Shown here: in pieces, positions 20,592 through 28,743 of the stretch
How the letters are laid out: each line of letters begins with the position of its first letter
How positions within the stretch are numbered: position 1 is the first letter of the stretch
NCBI GenBank assembly: GCA_964347285.1
Contig: CAYFYE010000002.1
Span: 11,075 to 75,074 of the forward strand
Length of the DNA: 64,000 nt
DNA from: an uncultured Acidimicrobiia bacterium
GTDB lineage: Bacteria > Actinomycetota > Acidimicrobiia > Spongiisociales > JAOTWH01
Direction of reading: 5' to 3'
Translations under genes and position numbers: made by a program
Notes under the pieces: generated by a model
The model's input: only the letters and a program-made list of their open reading frames with translations
Database searches by the model: none
Told to the model about the DNA's origin: nothing

Positions 20592-21557
20592 TCATGTCAC
20601 CGTTCCCGGTACGGGTACTCCCTGGGCGATGGCTTCGACGATCTTCTGCACCTGGACGCCGCGCATCTGCGCCTCCGGGCGCAGGATGAGCCGGTGGGAG
20701 AGGATCGGCTGCAACACGGCTTTGACATCGTCGGGAGACACGAAGTCGCGTCCCAGCGTCGCCGCCCGGGCCCGGGCCGCCCGTTGCAGAAACAGCGTGG
20801 TCCGGGGTGATGCGCCCAGCAACAAATCGGGGTCGTACCGGGTGGCCTCGGCCACGTCGACGAGGTAGCCCTTCACTGCATCGGAAACGTGTACCGACTT
20901 CACGACTTCGGTCATGACGGCCACGTCTTCAGCAGACACGACCGGCTTGAGGTCCTCGTATGTGGATCGGATGCCGTGGATGTCCAACATCTCCAGCTCT
21001 TTGGAGCGGTCCGGGTAGCCGACGATGAGGCGCATCATGAAGCGATCCAGCTGGGCCTCAGGCAGGGGATAAGTGCCTTCATGCTCGATCGGGTTCTGGG
21101 TGGCGACGACCATGAACGGCACGGGTAGGGGCCTGGTGGCAGCGTCGACCGTGACCTGGCGTTCCTCCATGGCTTCGAGGAGGGCCGACTGGGTCTTGGG
21201 GCTGGCCCGGTTGATCTCGTCGCCGAGCACGATGTTGGCAAATACCGGCCCGGCCCGGAACACGAAGTCGCCCCGCTCCCGATCCCACACCGACACTCCG
21301 GTCACGTCCGAGGGGAGAAGGTCGGGGGTGAACTGGAGGCGATGGAAGGTGCAGTCGATGGACCGGGCCAGGGATTTCGCCAGCAGGGTCTTGCCGACCC
21401 CGGGAACGTCTTCGACGAGGGCATGACCCTGGGCGAGGAGGCAAAGAGCGGTCAGTTCGATGACTTCTCGCTTGCCCTGGATGACCCGCTCGATGTTCGA
21501 CGCAATCTCATCGAAACGCTCAGCGAACCACGCTGTGCCGGGCAGGGGCGTCGTCAC
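20592..21557 (-). CDS. moxR: MoxR-family AAA+ ATPase
   Basis: Walker A GVPGVGKT, Walker B DEINRASP, 321 aa. Confidence 0.9.
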   Translation of the reverse strand: MTTPLPGTAWFAERFDEIASNIERVIQGKREVIELTALCLLAQGHALVEDVPGVGKTLLAKSLARSIDCTFHRLQFTPDLLPSDVTGVSVWDRERGDFVFRAGPVFANIVLGDEINRASPKTQSALLEAMEERQVTVDAATRPLPVPFMVVATQNPIEHEGTYPLPEAQLDRFMMRLIVGYPDRSKELEMLDIHGIRSTYEDLKPVVSAEDVAVMTEVVKSVHVSDAVKGYLVDVAEATRYDPDLLLGASPRTTLFLQRAARARAATLGRDFVSPDDVKAVLQPILSHRLILRPEAQMRGVQVQKIVEAIAQGVPVPGTVT

Positions 21558-21670
21558 CAGTTCCTCCAGGCTCGGGTGGGGACCGATGGTCAGCCTAATA
21601 GTGGCCGCTGGTTGCGCGTTCCGGCCGGTGATGGGACGGCGGGTACCATGCCGGATCCGGAAAGGGCGAG

Positions 21671-22309
21671 ATGATCGACGCCGACGAGCTCCGCGGCCAA
21701 CTCCTGAGCGTCGGGGGTGTGACCGAAGCCGAGGTGACTACTTCTGCGGATGGCGGCCTGGCCGGTATTCGCATCAGGCTCGAGGAAGGCGCAGACGGCG
21801 AGGACGTCGGCCGTCGCGTTCAAGAGATACTGGCCGGCCACAGGGTCCGGGGCCGAATGGAAGGCTCGGGACAGCAGTCGGGCCCCCCACCTCCTCCCGG
21901 GGCCCCGACGGAGACTCCGACAATTGTTGCCCTGGCCGACTTCGAGCAGGCCTCCCGGCCGGTGCCGGCCCCGGTGACGGATGCAGCGTTGGACTCGGTG
22001 ACGGTGGAAGAGTCTCCGGAAGGCCTTGTGGTTACGGCATCGGCCGTCGACGGCCGGACCGTTGTCCGCCCGGCGCGCTCGCACGACACCGGGACGGTCG
22101 AGGCGGTGGTCGCCGCTGCCGCCGAGCTGGCGGGTGGACCTCAGCCCACCCTCTCCGGATGGCACGACGCCGAGGTGGGCGGTGTGCGGGTGGTGACGGT
22201 CGTTCTGGAACTCTCCGCCGGTCGTCGGGCTGCCGGGGCCGCGGTGGTGAGTGGGGGTCTTCCTTTTGCGGTGGCCGCGGCCGTTTGGCAGGCCCTCGAT
22301 TCAGCGTGA
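21671..22309 (+). CDS. hypothetical protein
   Basis: 212 aa, D/E/A/V-rich, low Arg unlike surrounding artefact frames; no recognised domain. Confidence 0.4.
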   Translation: MIDADELRGQLLSVGGVTEAEVTTSADGGLAGIRIRLEEGADGEDVGRRVQEILAGHRVRGRMEGSGQQSGPPPPPGAPTETPTIVALADFEQASRPVPAPVTDAALDSVTVEESPEGLVVTASAVDGRTVVRPARSHDTGTVEAVVAAAAELAGGPQPTLSGWHDAEVGGVRVVTVVLELSAGRRAAGAAVVSGGLPFAVAAAVWQALDSA

Positions 22310-22819
22310 ACGCCGCCGCCGCCCCGCCTTCGTTTGGGCAGGGATGATCTCTACCGGGACCTCAGGCGGCGCCTCGCTGATCGGAAGGGGCCGGCCAGTG
22401 CCGTGAGCCACGGCGTCCAGGTACTGGCCGACTCGTGCCAGGACGTCGCGAACCAGCTGCCGGCTGCGATCGAGGGGAGGGTCCGACAGGGCCGGAACGT
22501 CATCGGGCTCGGCCGACAACACCTTGACTCGTCGCGAGCGCAGATCCCACATCATGATCTCCTGGACGATCTTGTCCGGGGAAAGGGTTTGGAGGGAGGC
22601 GATGAGCACTCCATCGACCTGACCGGCGTCGACGATGCCGACCAGCGCCTGGTACCCATCCCGGTTCAGGGCCGAACCCGGCTGACGAAGATCCTGGCAG
22701 ACCGCCACCAGTTGATGACCGCCCTCGGCAACGGCCCGCCGGACCTTTTCGGCCTGGGCGTAGGCGGTATCGGCGTCCTGCGGGCTTGGGGATTCGCGCA
22801 CGTAGCCGACCACTCGCAC
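22301..22819 (-). CDS. serine-recombinase (resolvase) catalytic-domain protein lacking a C-terminal DNA-binding domain
   Basis: GTG start; N-terminal VVGYVRESPSPQD aligns to resolvase AIYARVSTDEQ (Ser retained), central GYQALVGIVDAGQVDGVLIASLQTLS matches resolvase helix; no HTH after aa 120. Confidence 0.55.
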   Translation of the reverse strand: MRVVGYVRESPSPQDADTAYAQAEKVRRAVAEGGHQLVAVCQDLRQPGSALNRDGYQALVGIVDAGQVDGVLIASLQTLSPDKIVQEIMMWDLRSRRVKVLSAEPDDVPALSDPPLDRSRQLVRDVLARVGQYLDAVAHGTGRPLPISEAPPEVPVEIIPAQTKAGRRRRSR

Positions 22820-22938
22820 GGCTCACCTTTCCCGCTCGGCAGCACCTCCAGTTTGGTCGCCGTCACCAAAAGCGTCAACAGTTCACCCAGAGTGTCAACA
22901 CCTTTGCCGGCTCCACCACCTGGTACTCTCGCCGCCGT

Positions 22939-23439
22939 ATGGGACGTGCCCTCGTTCTCAACGCCACATACGAGCCGCTCTCGATCGTTTCGTCGCGGCG
23001 GGCGGTGGTGCTCGTGCTGCGACAGAAGGCCGATATGGTGGAACCGGGCGACGGGGACTGGCGCTCGGCCCGTATGTCGCTTCCAGTGCCGGCGGTCATC
23101 CGTCTCCGTACGTTCGTCAAGGTCCCCTACGCCCGGCGGGTGCCGCTCAACCGGAAGGCGGTGTTCGCCCGGGACAGAGGACGCTGTCAGTACTGCAGAA
23201 AGGCGGCCGAGAACCTCGACCACGTCGTGCCGCGCTCCCGGGGCGGTACCCACACCTGGGAAAACGTGGTGGCGGCGTGTCGGCGCTGCAATACCCGCAA
23301 AGGCAACCGCACCCCCTCCGAGTCCGGTCTCAGTCTTCAACGGGCTCCCACTGCGCCTCGTCGGCATGGCTGGGTCCTGGTGACCGTTGGGGGCGCTCCC
23401 CACCCCAGCTGGCAGCGCTATCTCTTCGACGGGTTCTAG
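22939..23439 (+). CDS. HNH endonuclease
   Basis: ATG 22939; C-x2-C...H-x...N...C-x2-C HNH core (RCQYCRK...LDHVVPRSRGGTHTWENVVAACRRCN). Confidence 0.8.
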   Translation: MGRALVLNATYEPLSIVSSRRAVVLVLRQKADMVEPGDGDWRSARMSLPVPAVIRLRTFVKVPYARRVPLNRKAVFARDRGRCQYCRKAAENLDHVVPRSRGGTHTWENVVAACRRCNTRKGNRTPSESGLSLQRAPTAPRRHGWVLVTVGGAPHPSWQRYLFDGF

Positions 23440-23454
23440 CGGGCCTGCCGGCTG

Positions 23455-25128
23455 CTACGTTCCGGCCTCGTCCCCGTCGGTACCGCCGGTTCCGGCCCCT
23501 TCTGTTCCTTCGGTCCCCTCTTCGGCCGGCGGCTCCTCTTCTTCGGCCGGCGGCTCCTCTTCGACTTGCGGCAAGAGACAGGTGTCGCGGGCTGCGGCCT
23601 CGTCTTCAGCCGACAACAGTTCGACCTGGCCGTCCGGGTTGGCGACGTCGCAGAACCAGGTGCCGGTAGCGCTGACGGTGATCAGCACCACCCGGGCGGG
23701 CTCCTGGACGACACCTTCGTCGTCGACGACCGGCGCCTGGCGGTCCACGCCGACCACCCCGACACCGGCACCGGCGAAGCCCTGGTTGAAGTCCACACCG
23801 CTCCACAAGGGTTGGAGGGCTGCCGCGCTCACCTGGTCGTACGTACCGACTTCGGCAACATAGTCGCCGGCCACCACCAGGGCGGTACTCAGGAGCTCTT
23901 GAGCGGCGTTGTCCGCGGCGACCGGATCCACCGGCACCAGGCCGGGCGCCACCTCGAAGGCCGGGCCCGGTCCGAAGGCATAGGGGATGGGAAAGTCGAA
24001 GTTGCCGGTATCGCAGTAGGCCGGATTGATGGCGAGTTCCCCCGGACCGCTCATTTCCAGCCATCTCTGGGTGCCGTCGGGGATGTTGAGCAGCACCCCG
24101 GCCGGAGGGTCCGCCACCGGCCCCAAGCGCCCATCGCGGGGCACCCCGAATATGAAGGCCCGCGAATAGCGGACCGAAGCGCTGTCCGGCTGGCCCGGGA
24201 CGCCCGAGGCGGGGATGGTGACGGCATCGATGGCCCACTTGAAGAGAAGCTCGGCATCGCCTGCGAACGTGTCGCTGTGCAGCCGGGCCGATGCTCCGTT
24301 GGGCCATTGCGCCACTGCGGCGACGTCCGGGTACCGGGCGCCGGGCCAGGTGGCATCGATGTCGGTGACGTTTCCGACGTCGATAGCCAGGGCAAACACT
24401 TGGGTGACGACCTCGCTATCGGGGTCACCGCACACCACGGATCCGTATTCGACGGCCCGGGCCACGAACGTTTCTCCCCAGGAGATGTCCTGACCCATGG
24501 CCACGGCCGGCACCTGCGGAGGCTCGAAGGTCTGCTCCTCGATCGGGGATTCGAGGTCGAACTCGGCCGCGGTCCCCTCCGAGCGGGCAATCAGCGTCAA
24601 GTCTCCCGAGTAGACGGTGGGGACCTGGAAGCCGACCGTCCAGCGCCCGGACAGGCCCACCGGGATGTCGATCAGCATCGAACCCGTGGTCAGGGCCTGG
24701 GTGCCCAATTCCTCCGGCAGCGGGTACTCCACTCCGGCCGCGTCGCGTACCGCCAACCGGGGGTACACGGAGGGAGATGACCCGAAGCCGTCGGCCAGAT
24801 ACGGCAAGGGCTCTGGTCCCAGGCTGCGCAGGGTGATCGCGATGCGGACGTCGGTGTAGCCGGCCCGGGTCGGCGACGGAGCCAGGAACACGTCGCCCAC
24901 GGCCAGTTCCCAGGCCTCGGCTGTGAATCGGTCGCCCCGAGTCAGGGGGACGACCTCTTCGCCGGGAGTCTCGATCTCCTCGGCCTGGACGCTCTCGGTC
25001 TGTTCCGGCTCCTCGTCCTGCGCCAGCACGCCGGGAGGGCCGATGGCAATCAGCAGCGCGGCGACGAGGGCGCAGGCAAGCGCAACGGCGAGTGTTGCCT
25101 TGCGACGGGCGACAGGGTCTTCGGGCAT
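23455..25128 (-). CDS. secreted/exported hypothetical protein with acidic repeat C-terminus
   Basis: ATG 25128 (aa 154 of ORF; upstream R/P-rich artefact); N-terminal RRKATLAVALACALVAALLIAIGPPGVLAQ signal/anchor; C-terminal EEEPPAE x2 then TEGTEG... Confidence 0.6.
   Translation of the reverse strand: MPEDPVARRKATLAVALACALVAALLIAIGPPGVLAQDEEPEQTESVQAEEIETPGEEVVPLTRGDRFTAEAWELAVGDVFLAPSPTRAGYTDVRIAITLRSLGPEPLPYLADGFGSSPSVYPRLAVRDAAGVEYPLPEELGTQALTTGSMLIDIPVGLSGRWTVGFQVPTVYSGDLTLIARSEGTAAEFDLESPIEEQTFEPPQVPAVAMGQDISWGETFVARAVEYGSVVCGDPDSEVVTQVFALAIDVGNVTDIDATWPGARYPDVAAVAQWPNGASARLHSDTFAGDAELLFKWAIDAVTIPASGVPGQPDSASVRYSRAFIFGVPRDGRLGPVADPPAGVLLNIPDGTQRWLEMSGPGELAINPAYCDTGNFDFPIPYAFGPGPAFEVAPGLVPVDPVAADNAAQELLSTALVVAGDYVAEVGTYDQVSAAALQPLWSGVDFNQGFAGAGVGVVGVDRQAPVVDDEGVVQEPARVVLITVSATGTWFCDVANPDGQVELLSAEDEAAARDTCLLPQVEEEPPAEEEEPPAEEGTEGTEGAGTGGTDGDEAGT
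23520..23561. repeat. perfect 2 x 21-nt tandem repeat (cttcggccggcggctcctctt) encoding EEEPPAE x2
   Basis: Read directly from sequence at 23520-23540 and 23541-23561. Confidence 0.8.
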
Positions 25129-25187
25129 GGTGTGTGGGTTGTGGATCGTCAGCCTAACCAAGCTTCGGCCGTCGCCACCGGACGATT

Positions 25188-25217
25188 GAGGAAAAACCTC
25201 GGCGCCTGCCACCGAGG
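25188..25217 (-). terminator. candidate rho-independent terminator downstream of usp
   Basis: On minus strand CCUCGG-UGGCAGGCG-CCGAGG hairpin followed by UUUUUCCUC. Confidence 0.4.
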
Positions 25218-25277
25218 GTCGCCTACCAAGCCATTCCGGCGACGTTGAGTGGGGATGGGCACCCACCGGGGGCCGGG

Positions 25278-25811
25278 TCAGCGGGTCGATGAACCTCGTG
25301 CCTCGAGCGGCACCAGCAGCACCGGGCAGGGGGCATGGCGCATCAGCTTGGTCCCGGTGCCCCCGATGAGGTCGGGGAAGAGGCCTCGGCCGTGGCTGCC
25401 GACGCAGACGACATCGGGTTGCAGGTCGTCGATGGTTTCCAGGATCGTAGCCGCCGCGTTCTCCCCTTCGCGCGCCTCTATGACCACGTCGAGGCCGGCC
25501 GTCCGCAAGGCGTGGCCCAGCGCTGCCGTGCGCCGATCGCGCTGGTCGTCCAGATAGCGGGAGAGGATGGCATCGTCCCCCGGCCATCTCTGGGCAGAGG
25601 CTCCACCGCTCGGAGCCTGTACGTACTCGGCGTCTCGGTCGATGGGGGGATCCACCTGCTCGCCGAAGACCTCGCGCAGCTCGGCCAAGAGAGTGCGCGG
25701 TATCTCGACCACCGTGAGGACGGTTACCGGGCTGCCACCGGCCAGGCCGGCGACGAAGGGCACGACCCTATCGGGCTCGAGTCGGCCGTCGGTGGCAATC
25801 AACACGTGCAT
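25278..25811 (-). CDS. universal stress protein (UspA family)
   Basis: ATG 25811 with GAGGAG SD; HVLIATDG...VCVGSHGRG...PCPVLLV Usp motifs. Confidence 0.75.
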   Translation of the reverse strand: MHVLIATDGRLEPDRVVPFVAGLAGGSPVTVLTVVEIPRTLLAELREVFGEQVDPPIDRDAEYVQAPSGGASAQRWPGDDAILSRYLDDQRDRRTAALGHALRTAGLDVVIEAREGENAAATILETIDDLQPDVVCVGSHGRGLFPDLIGGTGTKLMRHAPCPVLLVPLEARGSSTR

Positions 25812-25836
25812 GGGCTCATCTCCTCGTCGAGCGAGC

Positions 25837-26625
25837 TTAGGCGACCGGCTCGGGGCGGCGCCGCTCCCGGATGGCCCGGAGGCCGGGAACATCCAGGCCG
25901 AGAGTATCGGCATGTGACAGGGCGCGGGCCAGACGCTCCGGTCCGCTGCGGCCCATCGCCTGGTGCTCTGGATCGGCGGCAAAGGCCTCGGCCATTCCCT
26001 CGATGAGGATCTCTCGGGGAAGCTCTCGTTCCACGAGCCGTTCCTGGATGTCGAGTATCTCCTCGGTCACGCGCCGGGCCAGATCCTGGTGTTGAGTCCA
26101 CAGCTCGCCGACCGTACCCCCAGTCTCCAAGCCGACGATGTTGGCAACCAGGACGTACAGGTTCTTGCGCACCAACTCGAGCGTCATCGCCTCCGAATCC
26201 ATCACCGGCACAGACGGAACGCCGATGGCCGAGAGAGCCTCGACCACGAGACCGGCAGTGGGCCCACCGACCCGGGTGGGCAGGATCACCCGGACGTCAC
26301 GTCCCGGCTTCTTCTCGAACCACACCGCCATCACGGTGGGCTCCTCGATGTGGTGAGCCTTCCAGTCACGGGGCAGGAGCTCGTTCTGGAGGAGACCGAC
26401 CCGGGGTCGCCACGGGGCCGGCAACCCGCCGAGCACTTCGTGGAGGTCCTTCTCGGCCACCGCCACGAGTACCAGTGCTGGTCCGGGTAGCTCGGCGGCC
26501 ATCGATCCGGGGTCGGTCTCCCGGGTGACCGGGTAGATCGGCCGACCGATACGGAGGAAGCCTCGGGCAAACACGCCGGCCATCTCTCCGATACCGATGA
26601 TGACGATGGGTGCGTGCCGCTTCAC
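25837..26625 (-). CDS. NAD(P)-binding Rossmann-fold protein (ketopantoate reductase/ProC-like)
   Basis: N-terminal IVIIGIGEMAG Rossmann motif; overall family uncertain. Confidence 0.55.
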   Translation of the reverse strand: MKRHAPIVIIGIGEMAGVFARGFLRIGRPIYPVTRETDPGSMAAELPGPALVLVAVAEKDLHEVLGGLPAPWRPRVGLLQNELLPRDWKAHHIEEPTVMAVWFEKKPGRDVRVILPTRVGGPTAGLVVEALSAIGVPSVPVMDSEAMTLELVRKNLYVLVANIVGLETGGTVGELWTQHQDLARRVTEEILDIQERLVERELPREILIEGMAEAFAADPEHQAMGRSGPERLARALSHADTLGLDVPGLRAIRERRRPEPVA

Positions 26626-26703
26626 CGGTCCCTCGAGTGCTGTTGCCCCGACACTAGCCCCGCAGTTCCGCGAGTCGCCCTGCTTCGGACGTCAGTGAGC
26701 CGA

Positions 26704-26790
26704 TGGCGGGCGGTGGCGACATGGGCCATAAAGTGGTTGACATGGGTAACAAAATGGGGCAAAGTGGTTGATCAATGGAGGACGATGGAC
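26704..26790 (+). promoter_or_regulatory. candidate MraZ operator / dcw promoter region: nine phased (A/G)TGG(G) repeats at about 10-11 bp spacing
   Basis: TGG cores at 26704, 26714, 26722, 26734, 26743, 26755, 26765, 26776, 26786; includes repeated GTGGTTGA; immediately upstream of mraZ. Confidence 0.45.
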
Positions 26791-26801
26791 GGGGCTGAGC
26801 A

Positions 26802-27233
26802 GTGTTTCTCGGCGAGTTCCAGCACAACCTGGACGGCAAGGGTCGCCTCGTGCTGCCCCGCAAGTTTCGTGACGCCCTGGCGGGCGGATGCGTCATCACC
26901 AAAGGCCAGGAGCGCTGCCTCTACCTGTTCCCCATGTCGCGTTGGGACGAAGAGGTGGAAAGGGTGAAGAAGCTGCCCCGCACCGACCGCAAGGCCCGCA
27001 ACTTCGCCCGTTCCTTCTTTGCCGGAGCCAGCGATCAGGTACCGGACGGGCAGGGGAGGATCGCCGTCCCCCCGGCGCTGCGCGCCTATGCGTCGTTGGA
27101 GAAAGAAATCACGGTCGTCGGCGTCGCCGAGCGGGTAGAGATCTGGTCCACGCCGAACTGGGAGCGGCTCTCCGCCGAGGCCGACGAGTACTACGCCGAT
27201 ATCGAGGAGACACTGACCGAGGAAGGAATCTGA
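26802..27233 (+). CDS. mraZ: transcriptional regulator MraZ
   Basis: GTG start; FLGEFQHNLDGKGRLVLP and second SpoVT/AbrB-like repeat DGQGRIAVP. Confidence 0.9.
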   Translation: MFLGEFQHNLDGKGRLVLPRKFRDALAGGCVITKGQERCLYLFPMSRWDEEVERVKKLPRTDRKARNFARSFFAGASDQVPDGQGRIAVPPALRAYASLEKEITVVGVAERVEIWSTPNWERLSAEADEYYADIEETLTEEGI

Positions 27234-27333
27234 GCGGCGATGCCTGGTCCATCGTCAGCCCCCCGGATGCCATATGGAAGGCCCCTTACTCCGCCCGCTT
27301 CCATGTTGGCGCCAGCGCTCCGGGGGGCTGACC

Positions 27334-28281
27334 ATGGATCAGAGCACTCAGCACGAACCGGTGATGGTGGCCGAAGTGGTCGCCCTCCTGCGGCCGATCG
27401 GGAGCGGCCCGGTAGTGGACGCGACGTTCGGCGGAGGCGGTCACACCCGGGCACTCGTCGCATCGATCCCCGACGTCCAGATCCTGGCTCTCGATCGCGA
27501 CCCGGAGAGCCGATTCCGAACCGCGGGATTGCCGGCACGGGTGCACTTCGTGCAGGCAAACTTCGCCGCCCTGGTCTCGGTGTGCGCCCAGGAGGGTATC
27601 GATGAGTTGGGGGGCGCACTCTTCGACTTGGGTGTCTCCTCTTTCCAACTGGAGCAACCGGAACGGGGATTCTCGTTTCGGGAAAAGGGCCGGCTCGACA
27701 TGCGCATGGGGCCGGATGCAGCTCGGACCGCCTCCGACGTCGTCAACACCCTCGCTCGCGACGATCTGGCCGAGATCATCCGCCGCTTCGGTGAAGAGCC
27801 GAATGCCGGCCGCATCGCCGGCGCCATCGTGGCGGCTCGGCCCATCGAGGACACCGCCCGGCTGGCCGAGGTCGTTGCCAGTGCCGTACCGACCTCGGCC
27901 CGCCGGCGAAGGCATCCGGCCCGCCGCACCTTCCAGGCGATCCGCATCTTCGTTAACGACGAGCTCGAGGCTTTACAGCGAGGGCTCGACGGTGCGATCG
28001 ATCTGCTTCGACCGGGAGGCCGCATCGTGGTGATCTCCTACCACTCGCTCGAGGACCGCATCGCCAAACGGAGGTTGGCCGCTGGTTCCAAGGACTGCTC
28101 GTGTCCCCCCGACCTCCCCGAATGTCGGTGTGAGCAGGTCGCCGAGCTGCGACTGCTGACGCGCAAGGGCCTGCAGCCGTCCGCAGAGGAGGTGGCCGCC
28201 AATCCACGAGCCCGAAGTGCCCGCTTGCGGGCTGCGGAGAAGCTGGGGACGCTGCCGTCAGGCAGCGGCGATGCGGCGTGA
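27334..28281 (+). CDS. rsmH: 16S rRNA (cytosine1402-N4)-methyltransferase
   Basis: HEPVMVAEVV, DATFGGGGHT, ISYHSLEDR motifs. Confidence 0.9.
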   Translation: MDQSTQHEPVMVAEVVALLRPIGSGPVVDATFGGGGHTRALVASIPDVQILALDRDPESRFRTAGLPARVHFVQANFAALVSVCAQEGIDELGGALFDLGVSSFQLEQPERGFSFREKGRLDMRMGPDAARTASDVVNTLARDDLAEIIRRFGEEPNAGRIAGAIVAARPIEDTARLAEVVASAVPTSARRRRHPARRTFQAIRIFVNDELEALQRGLDGAIDLLRPGGRIVVISYHSLEDRIAKRRLAAGSKDCSCPPDLPECRCEQVAELRLLTRKGLQPSAEEVAANPRARSARLRAAEKLGTLPSGSGDAA

Positions 28282-28679
28282 GCGCTCTTCCCCGGGCCGC
28301 CCCCGCACGGGGTTTGGAGCTGGTGGTCAACCGCAGACCGAGGCCGGCGCCTCGATTGCGGGGCTGGGTGATGTTCACTGCTGCAGTAATCGCCTGCTTC
28401 CTGGCGATCATCTACTCCCGGGTTGCCCTGGATCGGACGGCATTCGTGCTCCAGGAAATCGAGACTGCCTCGCTCGCCGAGGAGACCCGGTATTGGCAGC
28501 TGCGCCTGGAGGTGGCCGAGTTGGAGTCTCCCGATCGGGTCATTCGGGCCGCCGAGGGCATGGGGATGGTGTACCCGGAGGGGCGCCGCACCCTGCACGT
28601 GTCGGGCATGTCGCCGGAGGCCCCCGACATCGATCAGGGCTGGATCGAGCTCAAGACTCTGCTGAGCGCCCAGCCATGA
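28278..28679 (+). CDS. ftsL: cell division protein FtsL-like (septum formation initiator)
   Basis: GTG overlapping rsmH stop; single TM then coiled-coil (RYWQLRLEVAELES); position in dcw cluster. Confidence 0.65.
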   Translation: MSALPRAAPARGLELVVNRRPRPAPRLRGWVMFTAAVIACFLAIIYSRVALDRTAFVLQEIETASLAEETRYWQLRLEVAELESPDRVIRAAEGMGMVYPEGRRTLHVSGMSPEAPDIDQGWIELKTLLSAQP

Positions 28680-28743
28680 GCGACCGGTCGAGCGCTGGCG
28701 ACCTGAGGAGTGGGGGCTTCTCGGCTCGTCCCGGCGGCTAGCT

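Noticed and set aside
22301-22819. Calling the resolvase-like gene a mobile element
   Set aside because: No DNA-binding domain, no flanking inverted or direct repeats, no transposase nearby; annotated as CDS only
25129-25587. Upstream 153-codon extension of the exported-protein ORF (23455..25587)
   Set aside because: R/P/H-rich artefact; the real protein begins at the Met preceding a signal peptide (25128)
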